DNA of 63,487 nucleotides, filler included, from Lenisia limosa (Eukaryota > Protista > Breviatea), in the NCBI GenBank assembly GCA_001655205.1. It is 5 parts of 5 records of this genome, joined end to end, with 100 filler letters (N's around TTAATTAATTAA, not from the genome) between each part and the next. Parts side by side here need not be neighbours in the genome. Positions count along the whole stretch, not along the records: positions 1 to 18,718 come from LPNZ01011346.1; positions 18,819 to 21,067 come from LPNZ01003188.1; positions 21,168 to 36,285 come from LPNZ01007474.1; 2 more parts are not named here. One strand, given 5' to 3'. The position numbers and the translations under genes are program-made. Numbering within the stretch: the first letter of the stretch is position 1; every line of letters starts with the position of its first letter. The notes below the pieces were generated by a model. The model was given only the letters and a program-made list of their open reading frames with translations, searched no databases and was not told the DNA's origin. Of this stretch, positions 13,685 to 25,989 are shown piece by piece.

Positions 13685-14394
13685 CCGCTCAGAGTCCCAC
13701 AGAGCACCTTCCAAGTCCCTTCCAAGTCACCCAGGGCTCTTTTCAAGCTCGATAGAGCCCCACAAGGCGCTTTTCAAACCCCACAGAGCCGCCCGACAGA
13801 GTCCTAAAGAAGCCTCACAGAAGCCCACAGAGCCCGCCCAAGCCCCACAGGGGTCCCACATAAGCCCCACAGAGCCCCTTCCAAGACCCCCACAGAAGTC
13901 CGACAGAAGCCCCACAGAGCTCTTTTATGGGACCATCGATCACGATAAAGTGACGATCTCCGATCTCCATAAATATCACCACGATCTTAGCTCTTGACCC
14001 AGATCTTAAAAAATATTGGGCGATCTTATCAATCTGAAAAAACCGATATTTTATATCGATAACGATCTTGCCAGGTCGATCTTGCTCAATCTTGCTCAAT
14101 CTTGCTACGATCTTGGCATGTTTTAGTATCGATCTAATACTAGATTGTAATAATTGCACAATAATGTTGCCACTTTTCCGTGATCCGTGGCCCCTTGAGC
14201 CCTTTCCAAGCGTCACAAAGCCACACAGAGCCCTTTCCAAGCCCCACAGAGCCAATAGAGCCCCACAGAGCCCTTCCAAATCCCACAGAGACTCATAGAA
14301 GCACCAAAGCCCCACAGAAGCCCCATAGAAGTCCTAAAGCCCTTCAGAACCCCCTCCAAGCCCCACAGATACCCACAGAAGCCCCACAAAGCCC
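13685..14394. repeat. Degenerate (A)GCCCCACAGA minisatellite interrupted by a GATC-rich core
   Basis: Many AGCCCCACAG(A)-like units at 13685-13922 and 14200-14394 flank a CGATCT(T)-rich block at ~13930-14150. The Pro/His/Ser-rich ORFs here are by-products of the repeat. Confidence 0.8.
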
Positions 14395-15971
14395 CNNNNN
14401 NNNNNNNNNNNNNNNNNNNNNNNNNNNNNNNNNNNNNNNNNNNNNNNNNNNNNNNNNNNNNNNNNNNNNNNNNNNNNNNNNNNNNNNNNNNNNNNNNNNN
14501 NNNNNNNNNNNNNNNNNNNNNNNNNNNNNNNNNNNNNNNNNNNNNNNNNNNNNNNNNNNNNNNNNNNNNNNNNNNNNNNNNNNNNNNNNNNNNNNNNNNN
14601 NNNNNNNNNNNNNNNNTTTCTGAACAACCAAGTACATGAAATGTAATGAAAAGACATGCACATCTAGATTTTCGATAGTATAGAAGGTTTTCTAGAATGT
14701 TTTCGGATTGAATCCAGATGTAAACTAGGTTTAAGAATTATTCTTCGACAGTCAAGATATTTGATCTTTGAGCAAGATTGTGGAAATCTGTTTCCTGATC
14801 GTCTTGTGCTGTTGGTTCCAAAAGATGAGCAAAATTTCGACTTTTAACGACAATATACTGAGTCTATCAAAAAAAAATCTTATATCTTTTTATACCTCAT
14901 AGCTATATTCCAACTGATAATTTATATAGATTTTGCACAATTCCCGCTACACGAATCTCGTCTATGGAAATGTTTGAAGGGCGTATGGCGCCCTACCATT
15001 CGGGGTTTTTTCTTTCAATCATTGCAATATAAAATGAGAACTTTCGCTTGCTATATTTGTGGTGTCTGGATATTGATTTTCATTTATAAGCCCCCCCCNN
15101 NNNNNNNNATTAAACACATTAGGATTGTTTCATACCGTGTATTTACTATAGTTTCCAATAACGACANNNNNNNNNNTGATCAATCTTGTCAATGATGGCA
15201 TTCACCCTGTCAGTTACAAATTCCCAAATCTACATTGACCCCTCAGTCTCTAAAAAACCGTTAGGGTTGTTTATTGCCAAAATCTTCCTTCACCATTATT
15301 GAATCAACGATAGCACGAATGGCAGGGAACCCTGTCATTAATCTATGCTTGAACATCAAGACAAAGATGGCATTTTACCCCATCAGTTACATTTTCCCTC
15401 ATAAATTCACACCACTCTGTTAAATTAAACACATTAGGATTGTTTCATACCGTGTATTTACTATAGTTTCCAATAACGACACTGAGCGAATGACGCTTTT
15501 TTCTCTTTTTTTTTTTTAATGGGGGGTATAATATATGGTATATATAGGGTATATAGTGTATAGAATTCACATAACCGTACCCACTTTTCAAAAATGGTCA
15601 AAATTCCACCTAAAAGCTCTCCATTTAGGGCCCAAAATACAGTTTTTGCAAATAAAAGTGTTAAAAATCCAAAAATTAGCGAAAATATTTTGATAGATTT
15701 TTCTAGAAAATAGTCTCTCAAAAAGTTCATTTCCCTTTTCTCTGTTTTTTTTTCTGAAAAGAGCCTTTCAAAACGCGTCCCAAAAGTGAAAAATAGGGTT
15801 GTTGGGAGAGTGGCGGGATATTTGTCTTTATATTTGTTGTAGTGTTTCCTTGTTTTTGTTTTAAAAAATATTGCTTTAGTGATGAGTTATAACTGTAAAC
15901 TTTTTGAAATAGTAATCATTATTTCATCCGCTTTTTGAGTTGTACCCTCGTTTGAAGACTCAATAAAATAT

Positions 15972-17230
15972 GTGAGCCATCATCGTCTCGGAATTGTTAA
16001 AAGGAGTGTATTTCTTTCACACCCTGGACTTGTGTACGGAGATGAGACCATGACTGNNNNNNNNNNCGTTTTAAAAAATATTGCTTTAGTGATGAGTTAT
16101 AACTGTAAACTTTTTGAAAAAGTAATCATTATTTCATCCGCTTTTTTGGTTTATCTACCCTCGTTTGAAGACTCAATAAAATATGTGAGCCAAAAATTAA
16201 AAGGAGTGTATTTCTTTCACACCCTGGACTTGTGTACGGAGATGAGACCATGACTGATGTTTCTGGTGTTGTTTCTCTCCGTGAGCAGTCAACAGCATAT
16301 GCATTTTCTAAGGGAGGCGGACAAGTTTCTCATATCACTCTGATGGCGACTATTGGGTAAGGTATCTCATTGTTTTTGCAAATTTCCTTATATTTATTGA
16401 TGAGATTTCTATGTGTGTGGGGGAGGGGGGAATATTGCTTTTACTGGTATGGGGTGTAGTTATAGGGTGGGATGGCTGGTTGGAGGGGTTGGTGGTGGTG
16501 TGCGGTATGAATTTGATGAGTGACGGTAAGCAATTATTGCTGATAGAGTCATAAGCAACCTCATATTATATAATGATAGTATGATGGATGATAGTCAATT
16601 TGGAAATTTCTGGACGAAGAATACACCTATTTAGTAATGTACCCATATCAACTTGCCTGACAACTCCGATAACAACATACTAATATATACAACTTTACTA
16701 ACAGAAATAGATAACAAGAAAAAGCCTTGATGCACTCACTTCAGTCCAAACAAACAAAACGAAAAAAAATCTTACACTCAGATGTACTGTACAGTGTGGA
16801 ATAAGGCCGATAAGGACACCGCCAACTTCTTGACCGACTGAGATGGTTCCGCGTTCTAAAAAGTAATGGAAGGGGAACTCAGTTGGACTTAGAAGTATTC
16901 TCATTTATTACATATCAAATAATGAACGTGATATGTCAGTTGTACCCGCTGATAGCTGTGCGCAGAGAGATACAAGGTAAATGATTGGGTGAATTAATAT
17001 GCTGGGGAGGAACGCAGAAAGCCCTGTGCCCCGAGTTGTAAGGTAAATGATTCCGTGAATAAATGTTTTACTGCAATATTTCANNNNNNNNNNCAGAGAT
17101 ACAAGGTAAATGATTGGGTGAATTAATATGCTGGGGAGGAACGCAGAAAGCTCTGTGCCCCGAGTTGTAAGGTAAATGATTCCGTGAATAAATGTTTTAC
17201 TGCAATATTTCAGAAGCGTTTCAGATATAT
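15972..17230 (+). mobile_element. Possible degenerate pogo/Tigger-like DDE transposase fragments
   Basis: VFLSHPGLVYGDETMTDVSG resembles the first catalytic 'DET' motif, and the next exon AYAFSKGGGQVSHITLMATIG resembles the 'ITVL..NA.G' motif. Later motifs are weak, and I found no paired TIRs. Confidence 0.35.
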
Positions 17231-18379
17231 CTTTATTATTCTTCCACATATCATATCCCTATTTATTGAACTTGTATCCGTTTATTATACTTAACATACT
17301 CCTTGTTGTAAAAACGCCAAGGAGTGTGGGCGTGGAAGTTTTTTTTTTTATCCCATGAATTTATTTGTTTCCTTAGCTTTACTATATTATTTCTCTTGTT
17401 TTACAAACAAAACAAAGGCATACCGGATCGGCCAAAGTAATAACAATGGGAAACGTAAAAGCGTCATTTTGAAATGCCTTGATAAACTGTACGAATTCGT
17501 CACCAATCGTACTGTCCTGACTGATAAGACCAAATAGTCAGCAGGTAAATGAGACAAAGAGGAGGTAACATTATATGCATATAATATAATATATAGATAG
17601 CTATGTATATATATTACATGTAATTAAATATCATCTATTACTACTAAACTAAACTGTGCCTACTTCCCAAGTTATTTTTGGACCGTATAAACACTGCCCC
17701 CCCCCCCCCCCCCNNNNNNNNNNNNNNNNNNNNNNNNNNNNNNNNNNNNNNNNNNNNNNNNNNNNNNNNNNNNNNNNNNNNNNNNNNNNNNNNNNNNNNN
17801 NNNNNNNNNNNNNNNNNNNNNNNNNNNNNNNNNNNNNNNNNNNNNNNNNNNNNNNNNNNNNNNNNNNNNNNNNNNNNNNNNNNNNNNNNNNNNNNNNNNN
17901 NNNNNNNNNNNNNNNNNNACTTAACCTGGTCACTGAAAACGCATATGATACTGTCAGCCAGAGAGTTCTTTCACCAGCACGGCGGCGCAGTATTTAGGAA
18001 TTATTTGATTAGACTAAAATAAAATTTGCAAACGCGATGGAATATACCACTTCAAAAGATTAAGGATTTAAGATGTTCATAGAGGAATTCAGGGAAGAGA
18101 GCCTAGATAGCCTACAATTGCCTGATTAATAGGGTCGAGCCACTTCGGATTGGCCTTGACATTCTGAAAGGGTAAATTAAATTCGGAATGTGTATAGGAA
18201 TCCATCAATACTGCTACCCCCNNNNNNNNNNTTTTTCTCATAATTTTCTCTACTCACCTCCTTTAACTGCATACATTTTAGATTTACTGGTTTTTTACTT
18301 AATTGTTGTATTAAAACAAACGTACATTTCTTCGATGAATTATTTTATTAGTTTTGGACCATTATGCTACAAGCATCTC

Positions 18380-18718
18380 AACACTGTAACCTCAACGCAA
18401 GATGCTTAATTTCGAACTGTACAAAATTTGTTGGGGGGGNNNNNNNNNNCTCCGGTTCTGGTTTACCAAGAACCAAAATCTGAAGTGAAGCTTCACCCCA
18501 ACAACCAAATCCGCCAACCCAGTTCAACCCCCAGTCTTTATGATGCTTGTTTCAATAGAGACTTTATCGCAAAAACTCTGCCAAAACAACAGAAAGAGAA
18601 CTCCCTCTGTGAAGCCTTTTTTTGTAGCATTTGGATGGGGACCCAAGTGGGTGCCCCCCCCCCCCAACAAATTTTGTACAGTTCGAAATTAAGCATCTTG
18701 CGTTGAGGTTACAGTGTT
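18380..18718. repeat. Perfect ~60-bp inverted repeat enclosing ~220 bp at a scaffold end
   Basis: 18380-18439 (AACACTGTAACCTCAACGCAAGATGCTTAATTTCGAACTGTACAAAATTTGTTGGGGGGG) is the reverse complement of 18659-18718. Confidence 0.85.
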
Positions 18719-18818
18719 NNNNNNNNNNNNNNNNNNNNNNNNNNNNNNNNNNNNNNNNNNNNTTAATTAATTAANNNNNNNNNNNNNNNNNNNNNNNNNN
18801 NNNNNNNNNNNNNNNNNN
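18719..18818. other. Artificial scaffold linker (N-TTAATTAATTAA-N)
   Basis: 100-nt spacer carrying stops in all six frames. The same design recurs three more times. Confidence 0.95.
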
Positions 18819-19769
18819 GCCGGTGGTGACCTCAATTCCGGGGGTGATGTGAGACTCGGGGTGACCGGGGGTGCTGAGGGGATGAGGATTATAAATGTAT
18901 ATTAAATCGAACTTAGATTAAAAATAAAAATTAGGTCTACAAGGAGATTAAGAATATCATAATAAATAGAATCTAATCTGAATAAGAGAATATAGAGGCT
19001 CTAGGTACACATAAATGCGTATTCAGAATCAAAATATACTGCTTTATGGCGACAAGATTAAAAAGTATGTTTGGGACTTAATCAACCGTGGTTAAGTCCT
19101 ACCAGATTGATTACATTGACAAGACTTATCAAAGTCACTGTATCCTTTCAAAAGGTGGTATTCTAACTCAAAGCGATAGGTGTTATTTGGGTAAGTGACA
19201 CGTGAAGAATGACTGACCAGTTTTCAGGAATCCAGAAAATTCCAAGCCTTTCTCCAATGTATATCCATAGGATTGGGGTTCAATTTCAAAATGTGGCAAC
19301 ATTGGGGTGAAAGCCAAGCCCAGTGCAACTGTCCGATCGCTTACATTGAGTTCAACTGGCGGAAGGCCTTGAGGTCGTCCATGGTGACCTTGTAGCCGGC
19401 AAGGTGGAGCATGGTGTACTGAAGAGCACATCCGTGGCCGTTAGAGAGGACAAAGCGGTCACGGCCGAGCTAGAGTGTCATGAAGGAATATCCTAGACCA
19501 CAAGAAGCCAGTTAAATGCATTATTTCCCTACCCATTTGGGGTTTTCGGGGTTGTACTTCATAACCTCACTCCAGAGAGCGTGAGCCATGGGGGCACAGC
19601 CCATAGGGGCACCTGGAAACAGTTAATCCATTCTTTATTCATCATTAAACATACCAGGGTGGCCAGAGTTGGCTCCTTGGACGACATCAGCAGCAAGGCA
19701 GCGAACAGTGTTCACACATTTCATGGTGGCGGCTTCCATTTCTTCGACAGTTGAGTTAGGGCGCTTCAT
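18819..19769 (-). CDS. TKL1: Transketolase, N-terminal part (truncated at scaffold end)
   Basis: Spliced translation [122 protein letters not shown] contains the diagnostic [15 protein letters not shown] and TPGHPE motifs. Confidence 0.95.
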
Positions 19770-19882
19770 TACAAGAGGTCGATTCGTTTTTTAAAATTTC
19801 GTGAAAAGATTGGAAATACACCCCCCAGTTTTGGGGTATATAAAGACTTTTGAAAATCTCTCAAACCTCTCTTCTCTTTACC
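19770..19882. promoter_or_regulatory. 113-nt divergent intergenic region between TKL1 and cyclin C
   Basis: Opposing ATGs at 19769 and 19883, with a TATA-like GGGGTATATAAAG at ~19833-19845. Confidence 0.6.
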
Positions 19883-20929
19883 ATGGCAGCTAATTTTTGG
19901 AATTCAACGCATTTGTAAGCATTGGAGAGGGTGGAAACGACTTAGCTATTCTTCACTCTTCAGCAAACGATGGATGATCCCACGAGACAAAGTCGAAGCG
20001 CGGAACCAACTCTATGACGTTTGCGGTATTTAATACGTGGTATTCGGAAATATTCGAACGCCAAATATAGTACTGATTCAGACCAGGCTGAGTAAAGTAC
20101 AATTCTGTTATTCACTTTCTTAAAGGTAATTCAATCACTTTTCCAAATTGAAAGCAGAAGCGACTGGTCTGGGCTTTGCTTGTTGTTCACAACCCTCGTG
20201 TGCTGTCAGCGAACAGAGTTGATTTGGGTGTTTTTGTTTCATAAATTTTCTTTACCCCCCACCCCCTATAACCTCCCATCAGACCCTCACACCAGACGAT
20301 GTTCAGCTTTTGCACGTGGCCTGCAAGACCATCATCTTCAAACTGTGCCAGTTCTTAGGCCTTCGTGTCCGGTAGGTGGAGTTAGGGCTTCACTTCGGTT
20401 CGAAAAAAGACCGAGAAATCCTCGAAAACTATCGACATTCTACTGGTCTTTTTCGAAGCACAAGGTAGAGTACATATTCCTTTTCATACTATCACACTTT
20501 AAAATAGCCCAATGGTAATTTGTTTTTACGGTATCTCTATTATGCATTTATTTTTCCCATTATTTTTTATACCTAATAAGCATATTATATCTTGCTTCCC
20601 TTATTCCTCTTCAGATTATCAGCAACCGCGACTGTGTACTTCAAAAGGTTCTACCAAGAGTAGGCCTGTTATGGTATCATTCAGCCACAGAGTTTTTTNN
20701 NNNNNNNNNNNNNNNNNNNNNNNNNNNNNNNNNNNNNNNNNNNNNNNNNNNNNNNNNNNNNNNNNNNNNNNNNNNNNNNNNNNNNNNNNNNNNNNNNNNN
20801 NNNNNNNNNNNNNNNNNNNNNNNNNNNNNNNNNNNNNNNNNNNNNNNNNNNNTCAACCATTATGACCCAAGACTGGTGCTGGGTGTCTGTATTATTCTTG
20901 CCAGCAAATCGGAAGAATGCCATATTGTG
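19883..20929 (+). CDS. CCNC: Cyclin C (SSN8-like), 5' part; the rest is lost at the scaffold end
   Basis: MAANFWNSTH start is typical of cyclin C. Cyclin-box exons read DVQLLHVACKTIIFKLCQFLGLRVR, SATATVYFKRFYQ and HYDPRLVLGVCIILASKSEECHIV. Confidence 0.85.
20385..20462. mobile_element. MITE family 1 copy in a cyclin C intron
   Basis: TA|GGGCTTCACTTCGGTTCGAAAAAAGACC...GGTCTTTTTCGAAGC (right TIR truncated). Confidence 0.7.
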
Positions 20930-20932
20930 GTA

Positions 20933-21067
20933 AGTTATTGGCACATTTTATTGAGTTATTGGCATATATGTTGATAGTATATTGAGTTATTGGCATACTA
21001 TATGTTGATTGAGTTATTGGCATATATGTTGATAGTATATTGAGTTATTGGCATACTATATGTTGAT
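20933..21067. repeat. Intronic tandem repeat (GAGTTATTGGCATA..TATGTTGAT units) starting at the splice donor
   Basis: Four near-identical units follow the donor GTAAGTTATTGGCAC. Confidence 0.85.
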
Positions 21068-21167
21068 NNNNNNNNNNNNNNNNNNNNNNNNNNNNNNNNN
21101 NNNNNNNNNNNTTAATTAATTAANNNNNNNNNNNNNNNNNNNNNNNNNNNNNNNNNNNNNNNNNNNN
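21068..21167. other. Artificial scaffold linker
   Basis: N-TTAATTAATTAA-N, 100 nt. Confidence 0.95.
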
Positions 21168-21350
21168 TACACAGTCTCTATAACTTGGAGCATAAAGAAC
21201 CGCGTATTATCATGCTATGTACCAATGTGATGTGTATAACAGACTTGATCTGTGTTGAAGGGAATAGTGCAGTGTGTGATTAATAGAGAAAAGATACTCT
21301 AAAAAGATAGAATGCTCCCCTCACATAGTCCCTCAGAATACTCCCCTCAC

Positions 21351-23186
21351 ATAGTCCCTCAGAGGAATCCGGGAGGGAAGGTCGCGACACCACCCACAGC
21401 TGGTCGCCTAAAACATAGACCTTGGGAGTTATTTTAGGCAAACTCGTCTCAAAAGCAGTCAACATATAATACTACTAATATATCTCATATGATACATCTC
21501 ATATTATATATCGGTGAAATGATTTCACTGGTATCCAACTACCTTGAAAACTTCCGAGGAATGGTTAACATAAGGCTGGGCAATGTAAGGGGGTTTCAGT
21601 GGAAGCTGCAGCAATCCATCTTGCTCAAAGACAATCTGAGATGTGGTAAGTTGTAAAGGGGATCCATCAGAAGAACCAAAAGCAACATATTGAAAAACAC
21701 ACATAAACACACATATACTGTATATTAAGACTATCCCGATGGTATCACATATTGCATATATTGAGTACCAAAAGGATATCATTGGGGACAACCGCCAAAA
21801 CGCATTCCCTTCATCACATACCGCCAAAAGATGAGCTGAGGGCCCCACACACGCTGCAATAGGTTTCACTACTGCAAACATGAAGATTAAAAATGTATCA
21901 GGCCAAAACCATCCATGCCATTTCGACTCACAACTACTCTAAGGTTTTGTTTAAGATTCCACACAATTTGATGATTGAAAGAGCTCCATGAAGTCCCTGC
22001 AAACTTATTGGGAACTGGAGCGGGACTTCTTGTGACGGATCTTTGATCAAGGCCCAGGGTAAGCCTGGATGAACGTGATGTTTGAAATGCAGTCCACTTC
22101 TTCAAGAGAGCTTTATAAAAATAAGATAGTTATGTCAAACACACGATATGAAACTAAAAAAGCAAAATATTGTAACACATCGACTCTTAGATACGACTAC
22201 TAATACCAAAAGCGAATAAAGTCTCGATATTTATCGAGTATTCTTACAAAAAAAAAACAGTATTGTTGGACTGTTGGAAATCCCTTGTTATGACGGGACT
22301 AAAAACTAACCCACCCACATTCATCTGGACAGATTTTTTCGAGAACCTTGATAGTTGCTTCTCGGTCACCAAAAGGGAGAATACTTTCTATACAATGAGT
22401 ATTCCCTCAACACAGCATTACAATTTACAATAATGTGGAACATCTCGCATCTTTTGAAATCCTCGTGACATATGTATACATTCGTAAAACAACCCCTATG
22501 CAGTGATTAATTCTCCGATAGGGCTTCACTTCGGTTCCAAAAAAAAAGACAATTACAGTTAAATAAATCCTCGTCGTTTTAGAACCAACGCTCTGCTCAC
22601 CTGGGGGGTCACATAACCTTGTTTCTGGGTATTTGACACAATAGGCTCGTAAATGGTCCAAAAGTCGCTTTGACTCCTCGTTCTCATGCTCGGTACCTAC
22701 ATGCCACATGAGTCAGGGATGAAATCAGGATTGACCTGATTTTATCGAAAACTCCTTCTCTTCATCCTTCCCCTCACAAGCTGTTCATTTCGTTACTCGT
22801 CATCCTTCCCCTCACAAGCTGTTCATTTCGTTACTCGTCATCCTTCCCCTCACAAGTTGTTCATTTCGTTACTCGTCATCCTTCCCCTCACAAATTTCGT
22901 TTGTTGCTTTGTGGATAATGACATCGACTGGTGCTTCGGGAGGGTCCAAAGGGTGGAAGGGTACAAACTCTATCGTGGGTCTAAAGCCAGTTAGTTATTT
23001 AATTATGGTCAAAAGAAGCACTATAGGAAGCAAGATTTCTTGTGGTAATCACAGTTTCGTAATAAAAAAATGGTCAATATTGTTCGATCCGCCTTAAGAC
23101 CAACCCTGCTTCTTCAGACAACTTGGGGATGTTGAGACTTTTGACTTTCTTTTTGGAGAGCCAGTATCCCACTCTAAGCGGGCGAG
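21351..23186 (-). CDS. ITPK1: Inositol-tetrakisphosphate 1-kinase (inositol 1,3,4-trisphosphate 5/6-kinase); C-terminus not resolved before the scaffold end
   Basis: Exons MSESRPLRVGYWLSKKKVKSLNIPKL, IEFVPFHPLDPPEAPVDVIIHKAT, LRAYCVKYPETRLCDPP, VKPIAACVGPSAHLLA, IVFEQDGLLQLPLKPPYIAQPYVNHSSEVFK and VYVLGDQLWVVSRPSLPD follow the ITPK1 ATP-grasp motifs in order. Confidence 0.9.
22521..22590. mobile_element. MITE family 1 partial copy in an ITPK1 intron
   Basis: TA|GGGCTTCACTTCGGTTCCAAAAAAAAAGAC. Confidence 0.65.
22762..22893. repeat. 38-bp tandem repeat, ~3.5 copies, starting at an ITPK1 splice donor
   Basis: Unit TCATCCTTCCCCTCACAAGCTGTTCATTTCGTTACTCG at 22762, 22800, 22838 and 22876 (partial). 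On the minus strand each unit contains GTGAGGGG. Confidence 0.9.
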
Positions 23187-23514
23187 ATTCACTCATTTTA
23201 CTTTAGATTTAGATTAAATCAGCAGGAGGCCTGCGGATAGGGACTGTGTTGTAAGCGAGTAGAGGAAATTAGAGGTTCCAGAACAATCTGATGGTAAATA
23301 TCTATATAATAATAAACTTCTTAATATGATGCGTACTATGCGTCTTCTTCTTTCTTCCGCGCGCGTTTTTTTTTTCTCGTTATGAAGCCGAAAATTGATT
23401 GATAGATTTCGAAAAATATAAACATGTTCAACAATTCAATTCTTCACAGCAGCTAACACTACCCAACTGTTTTTTGGCCCATATTATTGAACAAATACAG
23501 ATATATTGCCGGAA

Positions 23515-24436
23515 ATGACATCACTTCGTCGATTTCGTCTTGATGATCTTCTAAGGTTTAATACAGTGAACCTTGACGTGCTAACAGAAACAGTATGCGT
23601 GTTCATTATGAGTTATCAACAGAAGTACCAAAATCTGTCTTGCCTCTTTTGACAATCCTTCTTTTGGATTCATTTATGACCTGCCCGTTATTATTCATAT
23701 CACATACTAGTTAATCACTTTTTTTACTGAGGCAGAAGAAGTGCACTCTTGCGTTTCGATAACCCCTTTAGTACAATCCCGCCTTCTACCTGAGCTACAT
23801 GGCACACTGGCCAGACTATTTCTATCTCGCTGAAGACTGCAATAACACTCCTATGGGATACTGTAGGGGGGAGGGGGTAATGGGATCCAGTTCAATGTAG
23901 GCTGGGTCATAATCATATCGTTGTGTTGGTTAATATGTTACTTATCTAGCAAAAAATAATAATAATACAAAGTTATGAAGGAAGAAAGATACTGCCACCC
24001 CAGATTGCATTCTAACTCCCATTTCTTACATTCTCAGTCCTGGGCAAGGCTGAAGGAAAGGGCAACGACTGGCATGGACACGTGACTGCAGTGACGGTTT
24101 CACCAGAACACAGGCGAATCGGGCTCAGCAGCACGTTAATGGACCTTTTGGAGGCCGTGTCACAGTATATGTGCGTGGCTGTTATTTTTTATTTTATTTT
24201 TTTGCAGCACAAGTATTGGGGGTTTTTCATATGTTATGGAGTATGGGCGTGCTGGTGAGTGTACATATTGGAGCTGGAGTTTTGCCTGCCACTTTGACAC
24301 TCCAGATACGATACATATTTTGTCGATCTTTTTGTTCGAAAATCGAATTGGGTGGCCCAGACAATGTACCTGCAACTTGGCTATGAGAACTTCCGAACGG
24401 TGTCACAGTACTACTCGGGAGAGGAGGATGCCTGGG
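23515..24436 (+). CDS. NAA20: NatB N-terminal acetyltransferase catalytic subunit; last exon not resolved (gap)
   Basis: Spliced MTSLRRFRLDDLLRFNTVNLDVLTETYNPAFYLSYMAHWPDYF...LGKAEGKGNDWHGHVTAVTVSPEHRRIGL...YFVDLFVRKSN...YYSGEEDAW. Confidence 0.95.
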
Positions 24437-25989
24437 GTACGCAAGGGGCGGTTGTTCTTGGTCGAATATTGCTTTATTGCAGATCAAAATCGGCTGATTT
24501 TTCTTGTGGACAGATCTCATTCTTATGAATATCCCCCCCTTTTTTTTNNNNNNNNNNNNNNNNNNNNNNNNNNNNNNNNNNNNNNNNNNNNNNNNNNNNN
24601 NNNNNNNNNNNNNNNNNNNNNNNNNNNNNNNNAACAAAACGTCGTTGATTTGTAAGAAGAAGGTTGGTCTTTTTTTCAGTTAATTATTTGTTTCTTTTCT
24701 TTACCCATCTTTCAAACCCTTTTCTCAGATCGTATTTGTGTCTTAATTTGTGTTCTTATTTGATCTTTTATTATTCCTGGACTCTGTAAATATTTAACCA
24801 CATTACCAAAACTTATATTTGTTTTATACTGTGGGGGAAAGGAGGGGGGCAGCGCGGCTGACCGCTGACCGAAATTTGTCGCCGCTAGTGCAATTAATGT
24901 CTATTTTTAAAAATAAATAAGCAGAGTATAACCGTCTTTTGGAATTGACAGATAGGTTTTCGCCCACTAGTTTTATTAAAAATCCGGGTAGTTTCCAGAA
25001 ACCAGGAAACTACGTTATCTTCACACGCCAAATCAGTAATAAAAACAGTAAAAATGCTCATGACAAGAAATACAACAACCGGGGTATACATATGCTATGG
25101 AGAAACCCCTCAAGCTCAAGAACAGCTTACTACAACGAACGGTGTCCATTGGCTTCCGGCAGTTACGGCTCCGTAAACGGTTATGATCGGCAACTCGCAT
25201 TGCAAGAAAACTGTCTTACCCTATTATGTTGAAAATTCAATCGCCTATAGTAGAATACCTATAGTAGAATACTACAGGACTCACATTCCTCACAGCGTAG
25301 CTTCTTTGGCTCGTGAATGAGACCGGTAAAGGTCCTCAGCCGCTCTGTTGTAGTTAAAGCAACAGCGTGACATGGCGATTCGACGTCCATACTTTGAATC
25401 TCTGACGGTCATGAGGGCTAATTATTACCCCCAATAACAACAAACCAGAACATTATCTCCCCCAGAAACACTAAAGTATATTTGGCTTCTCCGGTCACCC
25501 TCTGACCACAATCTAAAAAGACCCCTCTCTGACCACAATCTAAAAACACTTACGTTTTGTTGTCAGCCAACAGAGTTGATTTCGGCTTTTTTGTTTCATA
25601 TTTTTTTTTCCATTTTTNNNNNNNNNNNNNNNNNNNNNNNNNNNNNNNNNNNNNNNNNNNNNNNNNNNNNNNNNNNNNNNNNNNNNNNNNNNNNNNNNNN
25701 NNNNNNAAAAACCCATCCACTCCGAGGCAGCGAAACTGTCATTACGTCGTAGTATTGTATACAGATGTGATTAGCAAGATTTCTTGGGTTTGTGACTGGA
25801 ATAGCATTCAGATGCTGGACTGCTTTACTCTCAATAGTTATTTACTGAGTTTTATTCTTTGGTAAACAATTCCTGTATGTCCTCATTTGAGTGCTCAGGT
25901 ATTTCTTTCTCTTTCAGTCTATTTCATCACATCAGGATTTGATTTGATTTGATTTTTTGTTAATGTGAAAGGGTTAGTTTCAAGAGGAG

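Noticed and set aside
13569-14663. Long Pro/His/Ser-rich ORFs on both strands
   Set aside because: They are translations of the AGCCCCACAG minisatellite and adjacent N gaps.
22762-22893. CRISPR-like 38-bp repeats
   Set aside because: The units are contiguous with no spacers, there are no cas genes, and the array lies in a eukaryotic intron.
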